This document shows positions 1 to 10,425 of a stretch of DNA of 20,000 bases, one piece after another. How positions within the stretch are numbered: position 1 is the stretch's first letter; every line of letters begins with the position of its first letter. A program made the translations under genes and the position numbers. Below the pieces are notes generated by a model. It was not told the origin of the DNA, made no database searches, and saw nothing but the letters and a program-made list of their open reading frames with translations. The DNA is from Chiloscyllium plagiosum (taxonomy: Eukaryota), in contig NC_057719.1 in NCBI RefSeq assembly GCF_004010195.1, positions 47,122,339-47,142,338 on the forward strand. The letters run 5' to 3'.

Positions 1-859
1 GCTAAAGTGAATGAGGAGCCCTTAGAGGATGTAACCAGGGAATTAATAATGGGGAACGTGATAATTTAACAAATATTTTCCACTGATCGTCACAGTGGAC
101 ACTAAAAATGTCTCAAAATTAACAGATAAGTAAGGTGCTAATGGCAGGAAAGAACTTGTCACAGTTTCTTAAACAAGGGTGAAGTATTTGACAAACAAAT
201 GGGATTGAAGACAGTTAAGTCACCAGGACATGATGGCCTGCATCCAAGGATTTAAAGCAAGTGGCTTCAGAGTAAGTGGAGGTATTGGTCAAGACATTCC
301 AGAGCACAATGAATTCTGGGAGGGCGCCAGTGGATTGGAAAACTATGACTGCAGTGCCCCTGTACAAGAAGGCAGAGAGACAGAAAGCATGAAACATTTG
401 TTTAGTTAGTCTAATGTCTGTCATTAGGACAATACTGGAGTCCATTATTGATGGAGGAATAGCAGAATATTAAGAAAAGTGGAGTCAACATGGTTTTATG
501 AAGGAAATCATGTTTTACACATTTGCTAAAGTTCTTTGATATAATAAGCAGAGTTAATATATGGGACCCAGTAGATATAGTGTATTTGGATTTCCAAACG
601 GCATTCAATAAGATGGCACAGAAAAAGGTTATTGCACAAGAAATTGGGATATTGGTGAGGCTACACCTGGAGTACTGTGTGCAGTTTTGGTTCCTGTATT
701 GAAGAAAGGATGTATTATCGTTGGAGACAGTCAAAAAGACATTCATTTGGCTGATTCTTAAGATGAAAGGGTTGACTTATCAAGAATGGCTAAATGGGCT
801 AGGCCTTGTTTCATTGGAGTTTGGAAGGTTATGAGTTGATTTTATTGAAATATATATAG
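1..859 (+). mobile_element. Decayed CR1-clade LINE ORF2 fragment (RT region) with a large internal deletion
   Basis: Frameshifted conceptual translation gives CR1 RT motifs: KSPGHDGLHPRI (~218-253), DWKT (~332), SQHGFMK (~484), VDIVYLDFQTAFNK (~570-612). At ~648 it jumps directly to LVRLHLEYCVQFW (~654-692) and the C-terminal LGLxSLE region. Confidence 0.85.
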
Positions 860-1545
860 GTGGAACTGAGAAATAAAAAGGGGTGATCTTTTTGATGTGA
901 TTATACAGTAGGCCCCCTAGTAGTCAGCAGGAAATTGAGGAGCAAATATGTATGGAGATTGCAGATAGCTGTAAGAATAATAGAGTTGAAATAGTAGGGG
1001 ATTTTAACTTTCCAAACATAGACTGGGACTGCCATAATGTTAAGGGCTTGGATGTGGTTAAATTTGTTAAGTATGTTCAAGAAAACTTTCTCAACCAATA
1101 GGTAGATGGCCCTACTACAGAAAGGGTAAAACACAACCTCCTTTTAAGAAATAAGGAAGGGCAATTATCTGAGGTGTCAGTGGGGGAGCAGTTTGGAGCA
1201 TTTTGGGACCAGTGACCATAATTCTACTGGTTTTAAAATAGTTATGGAAAAGGATAAGCCTGGTCCCTGAGTTAAAGTTCTAGATTGGGGCAAGGCCGAT
1301 TTGACGGCATTAGACAGGAATTTTTAAAAGGTGTTTGGGGGAGGCTGCTCACAGATAAAGGGACGTCTGGCAAGTGAGAGGTTTTCAAAAGTGAAGTTCA
1401 GGGCCAGTGTGTTCCTGTTAGTGCGAAGGACAAGGTGGGCAGGAGTAGGGAACACTGGATGACTAGAGATATTGAAGCTCTGGCCTAGAAAACAAAGGAG
1501 GCATCTGTCAGGTATAGACATCTGGAATCAAGTGAATCCCTTGAG

Positions 1546-1666
1546 AATGTGGAGGTACCAGTGTTAGACTTGTTTGGGCGAGGGTAGAACTCACACATCA
1601 CCAGGTTAAAGTCGAAGAAATTAAACTTGTTGGACTACAGCCTGGTGCCGTTTGACTTCTGACCTT
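1546..1666. mobile_element. Short fold-back insertion of PLE terminal-repeat sequence inside the CR1
   Basis: The left part resembles 3732-3805 (tggag.t.ccagtgtt.gact...tcacac..caccaggtta.agtc). The right part 1621-1670 is its degenerate reverse complement. It is flanked by atcccttgag (1536-1545) and atccctttgag (1667-1677), and CR1 sequence resumes afterwards. Confidence 0.7.
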
Positions 1667-1726
1667 ATCCCTTTGAGGAGTACAGAGAGTGTAGGAGCAC
1701 ACTTAAGAATGTAATTAGGAGGGCAA

Positions 1727-2119
1727 ATAAGGCACACGAGATAACTTTGACAGATAAGGTTAAGGAGAATCCAAAGAGATTCTATAAGTACATTAAGAAC
1801 AAAAGAGAACTAGGGAGAGAATTGGGCCCCTTAAAGATCAACGAGGTGATCTATGTGTGGAACCGCAGGAGATGGCTGAGATCCTAAATGAATATTTTGC
1901 ATCGGTCTATCCTGTGGAGAAAGATAAGGCACACGAGATAACTTTGACAGATAAGGTTAAGGAGAATCCGAAGAGATTCTATAAGTACATTAAGAACAAA
2001 AGAGAACTAGGGAGAAAATTGGGCCCTTAAAGATCAACAAGGTGATCTATGTGTGGAACCGCAGGAGATGGCTGAGATCCTAAATGAATATTTTGCATCA
2101 GTCTATCCTGTGGAGAAAG
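1727..2119 (+). repeat. Direct tandem duplication, 197-bp unit (1727-1923 / 1924-2119)
   Basis: Both copies begin ataaggcacacgagataac and end tcctgtggagaaag. By eye they differ by 4 substitutions and a 1-bp indel. Confidence 0.97.
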
Positions 2120-2549
2120 ACATGAAAGCTAGGCTATTCAGAGAAATAAATAGTGATGCCTCGAAAAGAGTTCACAACACAGAAGAGGAGGTGCCAGATG
2201 TCTTAAAATGCAGAAAGGTAGATAAATCCTTGGGACCTGATCAAATGTATCCAGGACACTGAGGGAAGCTAGAGAAGAGATAGTGGGGCCCCTAGCGGAG
2301 ATATTTGTATCATCGACAGCCATGGGTGAGGTGCCGGAATACTGGAGGGTATCTAATGTTGTGCCATTATTTAAGAAAGGCTGCAAGGAAAAGCTCAGGT
2401 ACTATAGATTGGTGAGCCTGAGGTTGTTGGAGGAGATTCTGAGAAACAGGATTTACATGCAGCTGGAAAGGAGAGGGCTGATTAGGGATAGTCAGCATGG
2501 CTTTGTGCATGGGAGATCATGACTCACAAACTTAACTGAGGTTTTTGAA

Positions 2550-3160
2550 GAGAACAAAGAACAAAGAAAAGTTACAGCCCAGGAACAGGCCCTTCGGTCC
2601 TCCAAGCCTGAGCCAATCCAAATCTACTGTTTAAACCTGTCACCCAATTCCTAAGCATNNNNNNNNNNNNNNNNNNNNNNNNNNNNNNNNNNNNNNNNNN
2701 NNNNNNNNNNNNNNNNNNNNNNNNNNNNNNNNTAAACCTTCTCTGCACCCTCTCCAAAGTGTCCACATCCTTTTGGTAATGTGACGACCAGAACTATACA
2801 CAATATTCTAAACGTGGCCAAACCAATGTCTTGTATAATTTTAACATGACTTGCCAGCTCTTCTACTCAATACCCCATCCAATGAGGGCAAGCATACTAT
2901 ATGCCTCCTTGACCACTCTATCCACCTGTGCAGCAACCTTCAGGGTCCAATGGACCTGAACTCCCAGATCTCTCTGCCCATCAACTTTTCCCAAGGCTCT
3001 TCCATTCATTGTATAATTCACTCTAAAATTAGACTTGACTAAATGCATTACCTCACATTTGTCTGGATTGAACTCCATCTGCCACTTTTTCGCCCAACTC
3101 TCCAGTCTATCTATATCCTCCTGTATTCTTTGATTGTCCCTTATGCTTGCAACCTTGGCA
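2550..3160 (-). mobile_element. 5'-truncated CR1 LINE 3' end (RT C-terminus, 3' UTR, microsatellite tail), interrupted by an assembly gap
   Basis: ORF 2863..3285 contains IQEDIDRLESWAKKWQMEFNPDKCEVMHL...RDLGVQVH..LKVAAQVDRVVK, and DTLERVQRRF lies next to the gap. The tail reads agaacaaagaacaaag on the + strand at ~2550-2567, followed by a typical 3' UTR (caggcccttcgg). Confidence 0.92.
2659..2732. other. Assembly gap (74 N)
   Basis: Run of N seen directly. Confidence 1.
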
Positions 3161-3731
3161 TTGCCATTCAGTGTGGACAACACTGAGACTACAAGCAAAT
3201 GGGCAGGCATTATGCTGGGGCCTGGTCTGCAAAAATCATTCACACATCCAGCCACCTTGTGAGTGAGAGTATGGGTTCCACACATCCCTGCAGGGAAAGC
3301 TTCATTCTATCCAATCAGCTTTTCCTGGGAGGGCACTGCTATTCAAGACTGGGAGGTGAACAATGAGCAATTGACATGTCCACTGTCCCACATAGTGCAC
3401 TGGCCTGCCTAGGCAAGCTGCACAAAACTCCGCCTCTATGAGGTTAAACACAACACCACTGGATGCTCATGTTTTTCAGGACAACATCGCAGTCTCCACA
3501 AATGCTGAAATGTTGGAGGCAAACCAATGATGGAAGAGTGAAAAGGATGAACTTCAGGATTGCTCCACAGCTGCTGCTATCATAAGAGCCTTCAACACAC
3601 TACACTCAGATATTTTATGTAGACTGAAGTCTTAAAACCACCTGACGTTGGTGACAAGAAAGAGGCAGCCTTGTGCATCACAGACCAAGTACTAAGATTC
3701 TTACAGCTCAGAGTGCGAATGTGGTGGTCGT

Positions 3732-3859
3732 GATTTGGAGATGCCAGTGTTGGACTGGGGTGTACAAAGTTAAACATCACACAACACCAGGTTATAGTCC
3801 AACAGGTTTAATTGGAAGCACACTAGCATTTGGAGCGTCGCTCCTTCATCAGGTGGTTG
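3732..3859 (-). mobile_element. Solo PLE terminal repeat (family B) with a mutated hammerhead motif
   Basis: The minus strand reads cac-CTGATGA-a-ggagc-gac-gctcc-AAAT-gcta-gtg. Stem II (ggagc/gctcc) and stem I (cac/gtg) are intact but the GAAA core is altered. Related copies at 1546-1666 and 15970-16031. Confidence 0.75.
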
Positions 3860-5059
3860 CTCCAAGTCATTGCCTTTCACTGATAGCCATGGGATGTATT
3901 TCAGAAATGCAAAGTCCAAGTAATGCTTTTAAGTAAGAGTCTGATTATATTTATTTAGCTGATATGACAAGATGGTAATTAGTGCAACCAATGTAATGGG
4001 CATAATTGCTTAAGGCCATCATTTATAATTTGCATTCATGGACCATGAATCTGTTGCCAATGAAATGCAATTTGATGGAAGCTGGATGGCCTTAGTCGAT
4101 CAGTGCAAGCATCATTTATCCTTGTGAGGCCTCACAATCAAACAGTATTAATCTGTCCCTGCAGATAAAACAGTAATTCACTCGATTCACTCTTCAGGAA
4201 CTGGCAGCAGTTTGGTCTGGCTATGGTACAACTGCCTTTGGATCGAAGATAGCAAGGTTTCAACAGCATGTCCTTGTCAATGACATATAGTCTCCACCGC
4301 GATACAAGGTGATCTCCCCATTCTTTATTTGCCCTTTTGTGTTGCTATTCCTGTGTCCCCAGTGCATCCTTCCTTTTTTCATTCAGCCACATTATACAAA
4401 CATTAATGTCCTCAATTTACATGAAGAGCCCATGGCTTTGTGAATTGCCGTGCCTTTATTGACTGTACATTCTTCTTGAGTCATAGAATTATAGTGATCT
4501 GTAAATATTCACCCTCCCATAGGTCCTCACCAATGTCCTGTTCTCCTAGACATCTAACCCTTTATCTCAAACTGTTCCCAAGTACGGTAATCATTACTTC
4601 AAAGGCCTAGTCAATGAGACCCACTCTGAAATTTTGATAACCTGTTTTTCCCAGAACTCCATGGATTTCCTCCTGAAAAGAGCACCAGCCATTATTAACC
4701 AAATCCCTAGGACTGACTTGGCAGGAGCCCCTGAATGGATGTCCTCCAGAACCCCAGTCAGCACACCTGTGATTTACATACCTGTTGCACTTGACCTGAA
4801 ATGGCCATGGTCTGATTCCAGAACAGTAAGAACACAGATCTCAGAACTATGGACAGACCAAGAGGTTCTTATTTTTGCTGTATTCTCTCAACTTTCTTGC
4901 TATTGCCCATACCACTCCAGAGGACAGGAAATGTCACCCACAGTGCCTTGTTACATAAGCAAAACATTTATGTCAGGCATTAATGTTTCACTGGTATCTG
5001 GTCATGGCAGTTTCATATATATATGCTATTAGAAACTGTGTATGGATTGACACATCAAA

Positions 5060-5230
5060 GATCATAGAACCAAACAGAACATAAGAGGCTCTTCAGCAAA
5101 ACTACCCCAAAGCTATAGCAGTCCCACCTTCCACCACTAGGTATATGGCCTTGAATATTATGATACTTCTAGTGCTTATCCAATTACTTTTCAAAAGTTG
5201 TGAGGTTTCCCACCTCAACTACATTCCCAT
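5060..5230 (-). mobile_element. Old CR1 3' end remnant
   Basis: atcatagaa tail-like motif followed by ...gtgcttatccaattactttt...gtgagg..tcccacctcaactac, which parallels the younger CR1 3' end at 12241-12430. Confidence 0.5.
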
Positions 5231-5310
5231 TATCCAACTCTCCATTGTCATGTACATTTTGAATTCCCCAAATTTCTAAATATACACACAACTATTCTCG
5301 TGAATTAACC

Positions 5311-5410
5311 TTTATTCCTGATGAAGGGCTTTTGCCTGAAACGTTGATTTCACTGCTCCTCGGATGCTGCCTGAACTGCTGTGCTCTTCCAGCACCACTA
5401 ATCCAGAATT
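5311..5410 (+). mobile_element. Solo PLE terminal repeat (family A)
   Basis: Near-identical to the reverse complement of 19790-19875 and to 7185-7270 (ctgctcctcggatgctgcctga.ctgctg...ccagcacca). Confidence 0.85.
5314..5350 (+). ncRNA. Minimal type I hammerhead ribozyme motif (PLE-associated)
   Basis: attc-CTGATGA (5318-5324)-a-gggc-tttt-gcct-GAAA (5338-5341)-C-GTT-gatt. The palindromic ACGT stem III is retained and the NUH triplet is GUU. Confidence 0.7.
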
Positions 5411-5439
5411 TAGTTAGTCCTGTCAGTTTCTGTATATGC

Positions 5440-6965
5440 TATTCATCTGGATGATATTGTTTCCCGAGGAGGTGTTGTTTTGTTGCTGAGGTACTGGTTG
5501 TTCTTCCATTTCTGTTGTTGAGGACATTGTGGACCTCTTGATCATTCTGTGTCATTGGTGAATTCACCTCTTCCTGATCAGTCACTTTCTCCAGTTGAGA
5601 GTTTGTATGCAGTTTTGACACCATTCCTAGTCGTTCACTTCCACTGTGCTTGATTGTACACAGTTCCCAAGTTACTACTTGGGCTGGTCTTTGATGAAAA
5701 TATCTCTTAGTTGAAAACATCTCTGTCAGCAGCACTGAAGTCAGCAGGTCCACCTGCTAGTCATCACAATAGTAGTCTACTGGAACAAGAGATTTCCTGT
5801 GAGAGCGAAGAGGTCTACTCCCAGCTTCAGCCACGGTCTCTCTGGGATATCATGTGCCATCAGCAGCACTCTAGCTTGTTTAGCTTGTTACTCATTACCA
5901 GCCCTGCACTGACTGATGTGGTCCTTTATCTCATTGTTCATTATTGACCAGGAGAACACATCTCTTAGCATTCTCAGACTTGACTCAGTTCCTTGGTTGT
6001 TTACATGGATGTGCTTTAGCATTTTTCCTTTCAACTGCTTCAGTATTATCACTATTTTCTTCGTACAGTATGCCATCTTGTGCTGTTAATTCATCTCTAA
6101 TAATGCCTAATAATCTCTTATAACAAGTGTGTCCTTGACTCTCCTTTTTCAGTAACACTTGGAGATTTGCATCTTGTTGCTTCATTTGAGTAAGGCATTT
6201 GTCTGTTATGTTCAGTGAGTTGCTGAGATTGATGTCTTCCAGAGCATGATGAGCTGCTGCTTCACATATGTATGGAAGATTTCATTTTCTGTGTAGTATC
6301 CTCCACTCTCTTTTAGCAGGCATTCTGCACTCAACGGTACATCTGCAGTATGCATCTGCTTCGCTAGCTTGTACCTTATGTCCAGATGGTATTTCTGTCA
6401 CTGAAGTAGCATGTGTTTCAGACTCTTTGGAGCAGATAATAGCGGCTTAAGGAAAATGCTTTGAAGTGGCTTACAGTCAGACTTGAATGTCACTTTGTAT
6501 CTTCCAAGTTGGTATTGATGAAAAGGTTCACAATCAAAGACAATGGCCAGACACTCTTTTGTGATCTAAGATTAGCGCCATTATGTTTGTGTTAATACCC
6601 TGGATGCAAGTATACTAAATTGCCTTTACTACACTAGATTTGCTCCGAGTTCTATCTTGCGGGCATCGCACTACAAGGTGACTTCATCACTGATGTCATA
6701 TTTCAGCTCTGGCACTGCCATCACTAGTTGCTTCTCTTTAGTAAATGCTGCTTCTTGTTCCTTACCCTAATACCATGGTGTGCCTTTGGTCATGAGTTGG
6801 TATAATAGTTCTGACAACAAATGGGGCAAAAAATCTGCTAAATAGTTGATGAATCTAATAAATCATTGTGCTGGGTGAGCTCTGTCAAGCTGTCCCCTTA
6901 GGTTATGATAATGGTCAGCAATAGTTTCCTTCATTGTGTCTCTGCATCCATCATCTGGCAGACCA
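5440..6965 (-). mobile_element. Decayed Ty3/Gypsy LTR-retrotransposon pol (RT end, RNase H, integrase N-terminal part)
   Basis: Minus-strand frameshifted motifs in Gypsy order: DD..GCRDTMKETIADHYHNL (~6900-6960), FIRFINYLADFLP (~6825-6865), RNase H-like DA..LGA / LASRVLTQT / KECLAIVFDCEPFHQY / SDCKPL (6460-6670), RDELTAQDGILY, integrase zinc-binding-like H..NQG..SLR..RDVFSW..MNNEIKDHISQC, and LMAHDIPERPWLKLGVDLF...VDYY (~5770-5865). No LTRs identified. Confidence 0.85.
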
Positions 6966-7136
6966 TCAATCTGGGAAGATCACTAACTATTCAATCTGGT
7001 CTGCTTTTTGGAGCAGTGGAAATGCCAAACCATATGTGTGACTATGAGAAAATGAGGACTGCAGATGCTGAAGATCTGAGTTGAGAACGTGGTGCTGGAA
7101 AAGCACAGCAGGTCAGGCAGCATCCATCGAGCAGGA

Positions 7137-7173
7137 GAATCGATGTTTCAGGCAAGAGCCCTTCATCAGGAAA
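7137..7173 (-). ncRNA. Minimal hammerhead ribozyme motif (left arm)
   Basis: Minus strand: tttc-CTGATGA (7169-7163)-a-gggc-tctt-gcct-GAAA-C-ATC-gatt. Confidence 0.6.
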
Positions 7174-7185
7174 TGATTAATCACC

Positions 7186-7222
7186 ATTCCTGATGAAGGG
7201 CTCTTGCCCGAAACATCGATTC
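7186..7222 (+). ncRNA. Minimal hammerhead ribozyme motif (right arm)
   Basis: attc-CTGATGA (7190-7196)-a-gggc-tctt-gccc-GAAA (7210-7213)-C-ATC-gattc. Confidence 0.65.
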
Positions 7223-8599
7223 TCCTGCTCCTCGGATGCCGCCTGACTTGCTGCACTTTTCCAGCACCACACTCTTGACACATGTATAATTATCTGCACC
7301 TCCTGATGGATATTGAGAATGAACGTCGAGATCTAGTTTGCTCACCCAGCTTCATTTCTCATCGAGGAAGGTGAGGATTTTTGTATTTAGTAATTGCAGC
7401 AAACTTCCTTTGATGGCTTGCATGGAGTGGTGAGATGCCATCAGGATTTTAATTAGATCTTTAAACTTGATGCATACTCTTAAGCTTTATTTAGAATCTA
7501 TGGAAAATACAGATATAATAGAAGACATTTTCTAAACATTGTAAAATTCCACTCCCTACAGTCCCTTGGCGCCAGAAAGACATAACTGTTGAAATCCCTG
7601 AGATGCAGGATAATCCTCCAGCTCATGCAACAAACGTACATTTTAGTGGGCAAATCAGAGATTAAACACTTGTATTTTGAAGTATATTTGATTTATTGAA
7701 GTATTTTTAAATGGTTATTTCTTATCTGCAGCAAACCAATCCACTTACAGAATCAATACAGTGCACCCCAGTGATTAAAAGTGACCTTGCATCTTAAATT
7801 CTGTCACCTGCACAACAGATCACCAATAACAGTTTTCATTCTATACAACAAAAGGTGCAAAATGATTTCATAACCTGCTCTTAAATTATCAGAGTTATCA
7901 CCTCTCCAGAGATAGGGAATCATCTCAATGAATATATTTTAACTGTCCAATTAAATTCAATAAACCTTGCTTTGACGTTAAAGACACCTATGCATATACA
8001 CAATTGTATAAATAGTTCTCCTATGGCATTGCTTATGGGTTTTCTAGTATCTATACTATAGCTTCTGATGTTTTTCATGACATCACAGCAGCCTTAATTA
8101 TGAAAGCAGATGAATCTTTACTGTAATAGATTTCCTGAAGCAATATATTTGACATGAACATAAAATATTATTCTTTACTGACATCAAAGATCCAGGACTC
8201 ATAGATATGAATAAAGATTTGCAGTTATTAACAGCTATTGTTACATTTCTTGGCAAAGTCTAAAGTGTTCGAGTGATCAATGAATTAAGTACAAGACTTT
8301 TTACAGACAGCAGGGCAGCAGCTTTATTATATGCATCAAAATCACACAATTTTGGGGAAAAGTGACTGGCTAAGTGGAGAACTCGGCTCTTCATTGTATT
8401 GTGCAACGAGATCTATTGACAAAGTCTGAACTGAATATTTCATTCAATAAACAGCATTTTGGACAATGCAGAACGCCTTCATACTGTACTGAAACTGCAA
8501 CTAAGTGTGTGTTCTGGTTATGTCTGAAATACCGCTTCAGTTCACATTTGCCAGACTCAAAGGCAAAAGTACACAAATTGAGGCTGCCTATTCTGTTAC

Positions 8600-9041
8600 T
8601 CTTCTTGCCAGCTCTCCATGAACGTGAAAGGAGTCTTATTCATCCTTCACTTCCATGCACAATGATCTGTATTGGCCTTGATTTTGAACTGTGCATCTTT
8701 CTGTTCAAATTCTTGGTCTCAACCTTCCAAACCTCTATAGTTGTTCTGCAGTGATACAACCCACCAAAGCCCTATAGATCCTTCCGGTTCTTTTGCATCA
8801 TTTTCTTAAAGGCTCCTCCTTTGATGGAGGAGTTAACTGTATAAGTTCCAAGCTCCAGAATTTGCCTAAACCTCTTTGCTTTTTCACCCAACTCTCCTTT
8901 AAGATACTCTTTAAAGCCTACCTCTCTGACCAAGTTTTGCTCATCTCTTCCTATGACTCAACGTCATTTCATTCTAACTATGATCAGTGCAGCACCTATG
9001 GAGGCTTTATTATGTTGAAGGCACAAAATGCAAGTTGTTGA
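8600..9041 (+). mobile_element. Old L2-clade LINE 3' end
   Basis: Degenerate DLYW..DFEL.IFLFK and YNP..P.RS-like C-terminal motifs, then ttaaagcctacctctctgaccaag and a terminus ending aaatgcaagttgttg, recalled as typical of fish/shark L2 3' ends. Confidence 0.6.
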
Positions 9042-10425
9042 TCAAAGGTTCCTGTACTATAGCTGCCATTATGGCACTGTAAGCATTTAGGATTGCAAGC
9101 TTAAATACACATGATATTGAGATGACTTTAAGAGACACTACCGCATTGCTAAATTATTTAAAATTGCCGAATATCAAGCAGGCATTCAGAATGTGCATCA
9201 GAAATTCAGCAAATCTAAAGTGCCAAGGAAGAAAGGACTTCAGAGCAAGCAGAACGTATAATAGATGGAGTTACTAAAAGATTCTATACTACTTGTGATC
9301 CCATTACTCCCATTCAAAATTGGTATATTCTGTCAATACCTACACTTATCAGGATTGAGTTTTACCTTCATGTAAGAAATCACCACAGAACCTCTTGTTA
9401 TTGAAGATCTTCCAAGTTGCCTTTGTTTTAAGCTGGGATCTTCACTTCTGCACAACTTGTTTTACTGATATACATCATATCAGAGAGAAGTCCACAAATT
9501 CCTGGAAGCCTAATCTCACCCCTAAATTGCTGGTCAATTTGTTAACATCTCATCTCTTCAGGTGATGATTATGTCTTTTCCCTCATTACATTTTCTTCAG
9601 GCTGCAAGCTGATGTAATAGATTGTAATGGAAAGCAATTAGCCAGTTCTTGCCATTGCATTTCTAAATTAATCACATAAAACTCCTGTGAGCAATGACAA
9701 ACTACAAAGTAAAATTCCGAATGCTTTTGCCTTAAAATGTGTCACCGTAGTCTTTTGTTACCAAATAGTTAAAAAGGGGTTAAAGGCTGAAATGGTTCAG
9801 AGGAAAGAGCAGACTCTGAGTAAGGAACTGGCTTGCACTAGACAGTAATTAGTGGGAGTCTGTAATTTCTCCTGTTGAAAGCAAAATTTGAGAGGAAAAT
9901 GTGAGACAGAGAAAAGAAACAGAGGCAGATGGGATTGAAGTCAGTTCATCCAGGACTGAAGAGCCCTTACGAAATCTGGACTATATTTATAGAAAAGATT
10001 TACAACTACATTCATAAAGCTAAAGATATTCTTTGGACTTCTACTAAAGAGAAATGAAATTTGACAGTAGAAACATGAATCTAAAAGACAAATTGGAAGG
10101 GACTACCATTTGAAGCCAGAAATCAAAGAACAGTTTTCCGAAGAAGACCTTCATAGCTTAGCAAAAGATTATCACAAACTTTAGAATAAACAGTTCTGCT
10201 GTTTTTGCCAGAATTTCTATTGTCTGCTCTGTAATTTTAATGTTTATTTTGGATTTTAAAATAAAACAATGAAGTAAAAACTGAATAGGCTTTTTAAAAA
10301 TGCAAATTTACCATCATCTGAACAACCCCAATGCTCCACCCATTTCTGTCAAACTCATATAATAATATCTCGGGGAAAGAGGGGAGTCTATACATCTAGA
10401 GAGACTGTGACTCTACAACAGATTA

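Larger units (their letters stand above)
860..2550 (+). mobile_element. CR1-clade (HER1-like) LINE ORF2 fragment: APE endonuclease C-terminal half, linker and RT N-terminus
   Basis: VELRNKKG...RPPSSQQEIEEQIC...IVGDFNFPNIDWDCH (860-1036), GTSDHNS (~1205-1225), EMAEILNEYFASV, DKSLGPDQMYP, GEVPEYWRVSNVVPLFKKG and RDSQHGFVHGRS (ORFs 2053..2262 and 2283..2522). Many stops and frameshifts. Confidence 0.92.
7046..7279. mobile_element. Fold-back mini-element made of two inverted PLE terminal repeats (family A)
   Basis: Arms ~7080-7178 and ~7179-7279 are reverse complements with few mismatches, centred on the perfect palindrome tgattaatca (7174-7183). Candidate diverged TSD catatgtgtgactat (7031-7045) / cacatgtataattat (7279-7293). 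Confidence 0.9.

Noticed and set aside
7749..7808. Minus-strand exon bounded by tgcag and gtaagt
   Set aside because: All three frames contain stops.
9756..10270. Possible solo LTR (starts TGTTAC, AATAAA near the end)
   Set aside because: No convincing terminal inverted repeat, TSD or second copy in the window.
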